Made by a program: the position numbers and the translations under genes. A stretch of 64,000 nucleotides of DNA from Dudresnaya verticillata. Its lineage: Eukaryota. The stretch spans positions 1,178,001 to 1,242,000 of the forward strand of contig OZ374565.1 in NCBI GenBank assembly GCA_977862235.1, written 5' to 3'. This document shows positions 1-8,434 of this stretch, one piece after another (positions within the stretch are counted from its first letter, which is position 1; every line of letters starts with the position of its first letter). The notes beneath the pieces were generated by a model. That model was not told the DNA's origin. It made no database searches and saw nothing but the letters and a program-made list of their open reading frames with translations.

Positions 1-2442
1 CCGATTTTCGGAAAGGCAAAGGTACACGCGGGCATGCGCACCGGGTCGGACGTCTCGCAGCGAGTCCTCATCCTAATTCGCGCATGGGCAGAGGAGCTTT
101 CCGTTATGCTAGAAGGCCGCTATGATCCGGACGCCGGCTTTCTGCTTGAGCGTTACATGAAGAAGAGAACCCGAGTCAATTTCCCAGAGGTGCCCAAGAC
201 CCCGCTCCCTTGGGTTTGCCCGATTGGTCAAAACGACGACTACTTGCGCGGCTCGTCTTCTCGCCGAGGCGCATCTGCGTCGTCAAAGGAGCCGGCCATG
301 ACCTTGACCGAGGTGGAAAATACTGTTGAGCTATTCTCCAACCTCGTCGACAATGCTACGTCGATTGCCGACTTGAAGGACGACGTCTGCACCGAGCTCG
401 CGGATCGTTGCAAATACATTCATGGCAATCTGTCGAGGCTGAGCATGAGCATGAGCAAAGAGGCGGAACTAGCGCGAGCCATTGCAATCAGTGAGAAACT
501 GGAAAAGTCTCTGGGCTTGTACAAGAGCAGCTTGGAGAACGGCCGCATTGTCAAAACGATTCCCACCGTTGACACCATCAGTCTTCAAAGCGAAGATGAG
601 GGCTATGGCGACTCTGAGCACCAAAATGACTCGTATCGTAGCTTTGAGCGCTATGCCCCTCGTGCTAATAGTAAGGAGCCCCATGACCGATTTAGCGACT
701 CGTCCGATATCTCTAGCGGGGCTCGCGAGGACTGGGTGAGGAAAGAACGAGAGAGGGAGAGGAATGAACGAGAGAGGGAGAGGAAAGAACGAGAGAGGGA
801 GAGGGAGAGGGAGAGGGAGGGGGAGAGGGAGAGGGAGAGGGAGAGGGACCGTGGTATGGCGAGAGATGGCGATAGAGATAGGGCCAGAGAGTATGGGAGA
901 GCGCCAGAAAGAGGCCGGGATCTGGAGCCTGGGCGAAATGGAGAAAGAGAGAGAGGGCGCAACTATGGACGTGAAGCGGAGGAGGAACGCAGACCTCGGG
1001 AGCGAAGCTTCTCTCCCAGCCCTTTGGCGAGGAGCATGACTACAACAGAACGGAAGAAGCAGGCTCCATCGGCGTCGGTCGCGGAAAAGCGCTCAAGGAG
1101 AGAACCGAGGGCATCGTTGAGTAGGAGAGAGAAGAGTGATAGCGAACTGCCCAAGCTGGCCAAGGAGAAGAAGAAGTCTGCGGCAGCAAGTGATAAGAGG
1201 TCGGCTGGTCTGATTGAGTTGCCGCATGAAGCAGACGGCAGCTCAGATGACAAGGAGCAGGTGAATGAAGAATCTTTCACGATGTTGGCGGAACGCTATG
1301 CGTCTCAGAAGGCTTCGAAACCGCCGAAGCCAGGATCCAAGTCTAAGAAGAGCGGGGAGGCCAGTGGCAGTGGGCCTAGAGCGAGACCGGCTTCCCAGCA
1401 GAGTGGGAGTGGCGACACATCCGCGAATGCAAGCGCGCAGAGCTTGCCGCCTCTTCCAGCGGCAGGTGTGAATCCAAACGCTGGTGCAGGGGGTGGGCTG
1501 TACAACTCAACCGGAGGTGGGGTGGCATTCAACCCGATGATGATGATGGCGAATCCGTATGCGATGTACGGGTCGGTGAACGCTGTGCCAATGCAAGACG
1601 CTATGGGCATGTACGGGGCGTATCAGACTGTGAACCCGGGGATGTACTACTCTACAGTGAACCCTCAGATGTACCCGACATACTCTGTCCCGGGCATGGG
1701 TGGTGCAATGGGGCAGGGCGCGGCGCCACCGGGGCAGATGGCGGGGATGCAAGGCGCGGCGCAGCAGGGCGCGGGCGGCCTTGGGGTTGCTCAGAGCGGC
1801 GCCATGGTGCCGGTGGGCGCGCAGCCGGGCGGTGCGCAGCAGCCCGTGGCTCCCGGCGCGGCCGTGGCGGCGCAAGGCGCGCTGGCCAGGGCCGGCGGCG
1901 CGCAGATGCAAGCACCGCAGCCAGGCGCCGGCATGGGCGGCTTGGGCGGGATGCAGATGGGCATGGCGTCGCCTATGGCGCCGTTCTACGGCAGCGTGAG
2001 CGCGGCGCCGCCGGTGATGGCGGCGCAGCCGTACGCATTGATGGTGGGCGGGGGTGACATGGTGCAGCAGCAGCAGCAGCAGCCGGCGGGGTTGCAGGCG
2101 CAGCAGCAGCAACAGGCGCAGGTGCAGGCGCTGCAGGCGCAGCAGCGGCAGGCGCAGGCGGGCATGGTGCCGGCCGGCGCTGGCGGCGGCGCGGCCGCGC
2201 TGCAGCAGCAAGTGGGCATGGGAGGCGCGGACGCGTCGGCGCAGGCGGCCGTGTACCAGACCGCGATGAACCAGGCGGCCGCGGCGTACCACGCCGCGGC
2301 TAGCGCGTACCGCAGCGTGTCTGGGCAGGCGGCCGTGGGCGGGGCGGCGGGCGTTTCTGGCGCGGCGGCGGGCGCGTCTGGCGCGGCGGGCGCGCTGCGC
2401 GGGGCCGGCGGCGAGGGTGGCTATCGCACCGAGGAAGAGTGA
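1..2442 (+). CDS. TOM1-like VHS-GAT domain protein, 5' end outside window
   Basis: Frame open from base 1. VHS C-terminal signature (QRVLILIRAWAE...VNFP), GAT-like helical segment (VELFSNLVD...ELADRC...AISEKLEKSLGLY), then RE-repeat and G/A/Q/M low-complexity tail. Confidence 0.65.
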   Translation, partial: PIFGKAKVHAGMRTGSDVSQRVLILIRAWAEELSVMLEGRYDPDAGFLLERYMKKRTRVNFPEVPKTPLPWVCPIGQNDDYLRGSSSRRGASASSKEPAMTLTEVENTVELFSNLVDNATSIADLKDDVCTELADRCKYIHGNLSRLSMSMSKEAELARAIAISEKLEKSLGLYKSSLENGRIVKTIPTVDTISLQSEDEGYGDSEHQNDSYRSFERYAPRANSKEPHDRFSDSSDISSGAREDWVRKERERERNERERERKEREREREREREGERERERERDRGMARDGDRDRAREYGRAPERGRDLEPGRNGERERGRNYGREAEEERRPRERSFSPSPLARSMTTTERKKQAPSASVAEKRSRREPRASLSRREKSDSELPKLAKEKKKSAAASDKRSAGLIELPHEADGSSDDKEQVNEESFTMLAERYASQKASKPPKPGSKSKKSGEASGSGPRARPASQQSGSGDTSANASAQSLPPLPAAGVNPNAGAGGGLYNSTGGGVAFNPMMMMANPYAMYGSVNAVPMQDAMGMYGAYQTVNPGMYYSTVNPQMYPTYSVPGMGGAMGQGAAPPGQMAGMQGAAQQGAGGLGVAQSGAMVPVGAQPGGAQQPVAPGAAVAAQGALARAGGAQMQAPQPGAGMGGLGGMQMGMASPMAPFYGSVSAAPPVMAAQPYALMVGGGDMVQQQQQQPAGLQAQQQQQAQVQALQAQQRQAQAGMVPAGAGGGAAALQQQVGMGGADASAQAAVYQTAMNQAAAAYHAAASAYRSVSGQAAVGGAAGVSGAAAGASGAAGALRGAGGEGGYRTEEE

Positions 2443-2770
2443 GAGGGGGGGGAGAGTGGACGGGCTTTGTGCTTGCGATGTGGAGTTGTATGTATGTGCT
2501 TAGCGCGATAGGGCCGCCGCTTCCGTAGCGGCCGTTGACAATGAAGACGTGACGCGAGCTTTTGGCTTTGCGCGGCGGCAAGCGGGAGAAGCGCGCGGGG
2601 CAAAAGCGCAGCGTCGCGGCACCGCGACCGCTGGAACCACCGCGTTGGCCGAGGCGCGCGCTGCGCGGAATGAATGCGCCGCGCCGCGCCGCGCCGCTCC
2701 GCTAACATAGCACCCGCGCGCCGCGCCGCGCCGCGCGCCGCGAACACGACGGCCAGCGCAAGCAGACGCC

Positions 2771-3814
2771 ATGACGCCGCGCCCGAGCACGCCCGCGTTC
2801 GCGCCGCCGCTGCCGCTCGCGCTGCGCACGCACCGCCGACCGCCGGCGCGCGCGTCGCGCCGCGCGCCGGCGTCGTCCGCGGCGGAGCGCGGCGCACACG
2901 CCATCCGCGTCGTCGCGTGCGACCTCGACGGCACGCTGCTGGACAAGCGCAAGCAGGCCGACGCGCGCAGCGTGCGCGCCGTGCACCGCGCCATCGAGCG
3001 CGGCGTGCTCTTCGTGCCGGCCACGGGCAAGTGCCGAGCCGGCGCTGTTCGCGCGCTGGGGCCGCTGAGCGCGCGGCTGCAGCAGCAGCAGCAGCAGCTG
3101 CTGCGTGTCGATGCCGGCGGCGATGCCGGCGGCGATGCCGGCGGCGATGCCCCCGCCGATGCCACCGCCGATGCCACCGCCGGGCGCTTCCCGGGCATCT
3201 TCCTCAACGGGCTGCTCGTGCACGGCTGGGGCGGGCGCGTGGTGTACGAGCGCGCGCTCGGCGCGCACGCGGCGTCGGTGGCCGTGCGCGCGGCGGAGCG
3301 GCGCGGGCTGGTGGCGCTGGTGTACTCTGGCGACCGCGTGGCGGTGCGCGCGCGGAGCGCGCAGACCGACATGTTCGTGGCGAGCCACGAGCCGGAGCCG
3401 ACGGCGGTGGGCGCGGCGCTGGACGGCTTCGTGCGGGCCGAGACGGCGCACAAGCTGCTGCTGGTGGCGGCGCGGCGCGGCGGCGACGTGCGGCGCCACC
3501 GCGGCGCGCTGGAGGCCGAGCTGGCCGGCGTGGCGCGCATCACGCAGGCGCGCCCCGACGTGCTCGAGGTGCTGCCCGTCGGCGCCAGCAAGGGCGACGC
3601 GCTGCGCCGCCTCGCGCGCCACCTGCGCGTGCCGGCGCGCTGCGTCATGGCCGTGGGCGACGGCGAGAACGACGTCGAGATGATCCGCGCCGCGGGGCTG
3701 GGCGTGGCCGTGGCGAACGCGGTGCCGGCGCTGCGCGACGCCGCGGACGAGGTGGTGCAGCGCGCGCACGACTGCGGCGCGGTGGCCGAGGCCATTGAGC
3801 GCTTTGTGCTGTGA
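2771..3814 (+). CDS. Cof-like HAD-IIB hydrolase, probable organellar transit peptide
   Basis: Motif I VVACDLDGTLL, motif II PATGK, LEVLPVGASKG, motif IV MAVGDGENDVEMI..GVAVANA. R/A/P-rich N-terminus. Confidence 0.9.
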   Translation: MTPRPSTPAFAPPLPLALRTHRRPPARASRRAPASSAAERGAHAIRVVACDLDGTLLDKRKQADARSVRAVHRAIERGVLFVPATGKCRAGAVRALGPLSARLQQQQQQLLRVDAGGDAGGDAGGDAPADATADATAGRFPGIFLNGLLVHGWGGRVVYERALGAHAASVAVRAAERRGLVALVYSGDRVAVRARSAQTDMFVASHEPEPTAVGAALDGFVRAETAHKLLLVAARRGGDVRRHRGALEAELAGVARITQARPDVLEVLPVGASKGDALRRLARHLRVPARCVMAVGDGENDVEMIRAAGLGVAVANAVPALRDAADEVVQRAHDCGAVAEAIERFVL

Positions 3815-4178
3815 CTTGCGCGCGTTTGTAAAGGACAGTCGTTGTAAACGCGGCGCAAACGGCCGCGAAAAGCGCGCAAACGGCCGTTCGCGCCGCCGCT
3901 CGCAACGTCTCTCTCTCTCCCAACGGATCTAAAATGCGCGCGCCGCTCTCACACACTCTCTCTCCTCCTCCGCCGCCGCGCCGTAACGACTCGAACCGCC
4001 CACGCCGCCGCCCACGCCGCCCCCGCGCCCCCGCGCCGCCCCCAACGGCTCCCCCCCCCCGCCGCCTCGTACTTAACCCGTCCCGTCCCCTCCCGCCCTC
4101 GCCCTCCCCGCCATGTCGCCCCCCCCACCACCCCCACCACCCCCACTCCCCCCGCCTCCGTAACCGCGCCGCAAAGAC

Positions 4179-6173
4179 ATGGACATGCTCACCTCCCTCC
4201 GCAGGATGCTCTCCCCGCGCGTCATCCTCGACGACGACGACGACGACGACTCGTTCTCCGACCTGCACCACGCCCCGCCGCCGCGCCCCGTCTTCGCCGA
4301 GCCGTCCGCGGCTGCGCGCGCGCCGCCATCCGCCGCCGCCGCCGCCGCGCGCATCCCGCCCAACCCCGCCAACAAGGAGAACCTCGCGTCCGTCAACTCC
4401 GCCGCCATCGCCGCCCCGCCGTCGCCCGCAGCGCGCAAGCCGCACCGCCGCGCACCGCCCGCCTCGTCGCCGCACAAGCGCTCCGCCGCCGCCGCCGCCG
4501 CCGCGCCGCACCCGCCGCACCCGCGCGGCAACCACCACCCCCGCCACAACAACAATCACCACCACCACCACCACCACCCCGCCTCGCGCCTGCGCTCCCC
4601 GCCGGCAAAGGCCACCGTCGGATTCCCCGTCCGAGCGCACCACCGCGTCCACGTCGAGTCCGACGCAACCGCGTCCTCGGGCTTCCGCGGCCTCCCACCC
4701 CGTATGGAGCAGGAGCTCCTGCGCCAGGGCCTCACCGACGCAGACTACAAGGCAGACCCGGACGCCGCGCTGCGCGCCTTCCAGCTCTACCTCTATGGCG
4801 CCCCACCTCCACCCCCTTCCGCTTCCAATTCCAATAGCAATGCCAATGCCGCGGCCACCACCACCGCCGCTCCGACTCCACCCACGCACAAGCCCCGCGC
4901 TAGCCCAGCCACGCCACCCCGTACCGGCCCCACCCCGCGCGCGCCGCCGCCGCGTCCACCCGTCCGCAAGGTCCAACCTGCCAAGTCGTCACCGCCGACG
5001 CCGCCGCCGCCACCGCCGCCGCCGCCAGCTGCTCCAGCCGCGCCACCGCCGCCGCCGCCGCCGCCACTGCCGCAGCGTCGCGCGCCGGACAGACTGCCCA
5101 GCCGCATCCCGGACCGCGCGCACGCGGGCGCCGCGCCCGTGCCATCGCGTGGTGCCGCGCTCCAACAACGCTCGGGACAGGCCGGCGGCGCGACGGCGCA
5201 CGCGCACTCGGGTCGCGCGCTGCCGCCGCCCAGCACGCCGGCGCAGGCCGCGCGCGAGGCGCTCTCGACGCGGCGCGCCGCCGCCGGCATGAGCGTGGCG
5301 CCGGCGCAGCCGGTGTACATTCATAACATGAACCCGCGCGACGTGTTTTCCAACATGAAGCAGATCGGGCAGGGCGCCAGCGGGTCGGTGTTTGTGGCCA
5401 CCAAGAAGAACGGTGACAAGGTTGCGCTGAAAAAGGTCAAGCCGGAGAACAAGACGGAGACGGACGCACTCGAGATGGAGATCCGGATGATGTGCTGCAC
5501 GCGGCACCCCAACCTGATCAAGTGCCACGAGACGTACAACTTTGGCGGCTACATGTGGATCTCCATGGAGTACATGGACGGCGGGTGCCTGACCGACGTG
5601 CTGGAAAACTACCAGAACCTGCGCGCCACCATGTCGGAGGGGGAGATTGCGTTTGTGTTGCGCGAGGTGCTCAAGGGGCTGAGGTTCATGCACGGCATGA
5701 AGCGGCTGCACCGCGACATCAAGTCGGACAACGTGCTGATCACGCGCGACGGCAACATCAAGCTGGCCGACTTTGGGTTTTGCGCCGAGCTGACCGAGGA
5801 GCGCAAGAAGCGCACGACCTGCGTCGGCACGCCGTACTGGATGGCGCCCGAGCTGATCCGGCAGAGCGAGTACGACTACAAGGTGGACCTGTGGAGCGTG
5901 GGCATCCTGGCGATCGAGTGCGCCGAGTGGGAGCCGCCGCACATGGACGAGAAGCCGCTGCGCGCTATGTTTCTGATCACGACGCAGCCGCCGCCCAAGC
6001 TCAAGAGGCCGCAGCAGTGGTCGGCCGAGTTTAACGACTTCATCAGCTGCTGCCTTGTGCTCAACCCCGCGCGCAGGGCGTCGGCTAGTCAGCTGCTCTC
6101 GCACCCGTTCTTGAAGAAGGCTATCGAGGCAGAGGAGGTGGCCAGACTGTTTGCGGCGACGAAGACGTCATGA
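4179..6173 (+). CDS. PAK/STE20-family Ser/Thr kinase with CRIB (PBD) domain
   Basis: CRIB-like VGFPVRAHHRVHV..GFRGLP, polyproline linker, kinase motifs GQGASG, VALKK, HRDIKSDN, DFG, KRTTCVGTPYWMAPE. Confidence 0.92.
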   Translation: MDMLTSLRRMLSPRVILDDDDDDDSFSDLHHAPPPRPVFAEPSAAARAPPSAAAAAARIPPNPANKENLASVNSAAIAAPPSPAARKPHRRAPPASSPHKRSAAAAAAAPHPPHPRGNHHPRHNNNHHHHHHHPASRLRSPPAKATVGFPVRAHHRVHVESDATASSGFRGLPPRMEQELLRQGLTDADYKADPDAALRAFQLYLYGAPPPPPSASNSNSNANAAATTTAAPTPPTHKPRASPATPPRTGPTPRAPPPRPPVRKVQPAKSSPPTPPPPPPPPPAAPAAPPPPPPPPLPQRRAPDRLPSRIPDRAHAGAAPVPSRGAALQQRSGQAGGATAHAHSGRALPPPSTPAQAAREALSTRRAAAGMSVAPAQPVYIHNMNPRDVFSNMKQIGQGASGSVFVATKKNGDKVALKKVKPENKTETDALEMEIRMMCCTRHPNLIKCHETYNFGGYMWISMEYMDGGCLTDVLENYQNLRATMSEGEIAFVLREVLKGLRFMHGMKRLHRDIKSDNVLITRDGNIKLADFGFCAELTEERKKRTTCVGTPYWMAPELIRQSEYDYKVDLWSVGILAIECAEWEPPHMDEKPLRAMFLITTQPPPKLKRPQQWSAEFNDFISCCLVLNPARRASASQLLSHPFLKKAIEAEEVARLFAATKTS

Positions 6174-6741
6174 CAAGGTGGTGCTGCACGTCTCTCGCTC
6201 TCTTTTTTTGTCTTTGATAGTGTTTTCTTCTCTCCTTCCTTCCTCTCTCCATCCCGCCGCCCCTTTCTTTCTTTTAGACGAGACGCGTGTGTCATTACGC
6301 CGACTTTGGATCGCATCGTCTCTCTTTCTCTCTCCTGTTTCAAAGGCTGCTTTGAAGCCTGCATAGCAAGCAATCCGAGAGTGACGACCTGACGACGTAG
6401 AGTGTAATAAAAAGAGTGGGACAACTCTGCTTCCGTTGCGAATCATCGGCGACGACAATGGCTACGACGACGTCGAGAGCATCGCGAGGCGCGCGCTTGT
6501 CATCAGTGAAAGGGTCAAACGCGTCTTTTTTGTTGGTGATATCCGTTGCCACACACGAATCGTAAATTTTCAATAAAGCGCAGCCACACCGCCTGATCCG
6601 CCCATCCGCCCATCCGCCCATCCGCCCATCGCTAAACGACGGTCGATCCGTCCTCCGCACCGCCACCGCCACCGCCCGATCCCGACGCCGCCTCCCCCTC
6701 CCCCCCCCCCCACACCCGCACCCACACCCCCGCCACACACA

Positions 6742-8148
6742 ATGGCCGACCCGTCGCCGGGGCTGGACGCCTCCCTGGAGGAGATGCTCGCAACGCGTCT
6801 CTCCGTGGACTCCGTTTCCATCCAGGGCGCCGCGCGCACGTCGCCGCAGCTGCTGTCGTACGTGACCGCGCCGGTGCTCTCCACGGGCGGCTCGTTCTCG
6901 GGCGTGGTCGACGACATCTCGCTGGCCATAGAGCGCCTGCGCGCCACAGGCTGCTTCCGCGGCGTCGACGCGTACGTCGACCGCTCCGCCACCGCCGGCG
7001 GCGACGCCTCGGTCGTCTTCACCGTCGCCGAGAAGGGCCTCTACCAGCTGCGCACCGGCACCGCCATCGAGACGTCCGGCGAGCGCGACGCCAGCATCGA
7101 GGCTGCCTTCTTGTGGCGCAACCTGCGCGGGCGCGCAGATACCCTCAAGGCCTCGGTCAACTGGCTCGGCAGCGGCGGCCCGGCGTCGTTTGGCACGCAT
7201 CCGAGCACGTCGTGGGACGTGCAGTATGTCGCCCCGTTTGCCTTTGGTCTGCGCACTAGCGCGTTTGCCCACGTGGGCACGAGCAATCGCAACCACGCCG
7301 ACGAGAGCAGCTACAGCCTCAATGTCAAGCAAGCCGAGGCTGGAGTCGATCTCCCGCTGGGCCGCATCGCCGTCTCCTCTGCTTGGCGCGAGGTCGCCGA
7401 CGTCGCAGAGTCGGCGTCGCCGTTGGTGCGCGAGGAGGCTGGTCATTCCTGGAAGACGAGCGTGCGTCATGAGTATTCGCTAGACCATCGCGACAGCCGC
7501 GCCGTGCCGACGAGTGGTGTGTACGCCTCTGTGCGCCAAGAGGTCGCTCTGCCAGTGCTCGGCGACGTGGCGTTTGCGAAGAGCGAGGTCGCGGGCCAGC
7601 TCCACCTTCCGCTGGGTGCAAGCGGCGCCAGCATTGCGTTGGCGACGCGTGCTGGCCTGGTTGTTCCGCGCGGGGAAGCTCGTGTGGGCGTGCAGGACAG
7701 GTTCTTTTTGGGCGGCGCCAACTCGTTTAGAGGCTTTCGCCATCGTGGCGCGGGCCCTTGTGATGGCCAGGATGCTGTTGGAGGGGAGGCGTTTTACACG
7801 GCGACGGCTATGTTTTCCACGCCGGTCCCACAGACGTCGTTGTTATCGCAATTGTTCAATGCAAGGATGCACGTGTTTGGGACAGTCGGAGACCTTTCGG
7901 ATGCTGCCGTTGTTGGCCGAAACGTGCGCAGGTTGGCAAAGCGGGACAGCGGAACCTCCATCGGGGATGCAGCAAGAACGGTATGGAAGGACATGTATGC
8001 GTCTATGCGCATTGCCGTGGGACTCGGCATCGCTCTGGAGACTTCGGTAGGTCGAGTAGAGGTCAATTTTTGTCAGGTAGTGCGGGCTACCGAATCGGAT
8101 CGCCCTAGGACAGGGCTTCAGGTAGGGATTAGCGAGATGTTCTCGTGA
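6742..8148 (+). CDS. SAM50: Sam50/Omp85-family mitochondrial outer membrane beta-barrel assembly protein
   Basis: 468 aa. POTRA-like N-terminus (LRATGCFRGVDAYVD), WRNLRGRADTL, DRFFLGGANSFRGF motif, C-terminal beta strands. Confidence 0.85.
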   Translation: MADPSPGLDASLEEMLATRLSVDSVSIQGAARTSPQLLSYVTAPVLSTGGSFSGVVDDISLAIERLRATGCFRGVDAYVDRSATAGGDASVVFTVAEKGLYQLRTGTAIETSGERDASIEAAFLWRNLRGRADTLKASVNWLGSGGPASFGTHPSTSWDVQYVAPFAFGLRTSAFAHVGTSNRNHADESSYSLNVKQAEAGVDLPLGRIAVSSAWREVADVAESASPLVREEAGHSWKTSVRHEYSLDHRDSRAVPTSGVYASVRQEVALPVLGDVAFAKSEVAGQLHLPLGASGASIALATRAGLVVPRGEARVGVQDRFFLGGANSFRGFRHRGAGPCDGQDAVGGEAFYTATAMFSTPVPQTSLLSQLFNARMHVFGTVGDLSDAAVVGRNVRRLAKRDSGTSIGDAARTVWKDMYASMRIAVGLGIALETSVGRVEVNFCQVVRATESDRPRTGLQVGISEMFS

Positions 8149-8434
8149 GGCAAGTTCTACATACAGCACAAGCACACTACACAACAACAGCAGTGAAAGA
8201 AAAGTGGGGTAACTAACGTGCGAAGATGACAACATGATGGCGACGATGACGATCATCCGGACCTTGGGTTGTTTCTCTTCTTAAAAGTACACAGATCAAG
8301 ACGAAAGCAAGACGAGACGGAAAATGTTTGCGCTGCTTTCACCGTCACCTAAAGGGCAAACCGCTTTGGACATCATCAGTGCGGGTCACTACCCTACAGA
8401 CATATACATATACACACAGGACCAATTTATCCTG

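Noticed and set aside
745..850. GA-rich repeat
   Set aside because: Simply encodes the RE dipeptide tract of the first gene.
2421..6104. Many long overlapping R/A/P-rich ORFs
   Set aside because: Stop-poor alternative frames caused by extreme GC content; no domain signatures.
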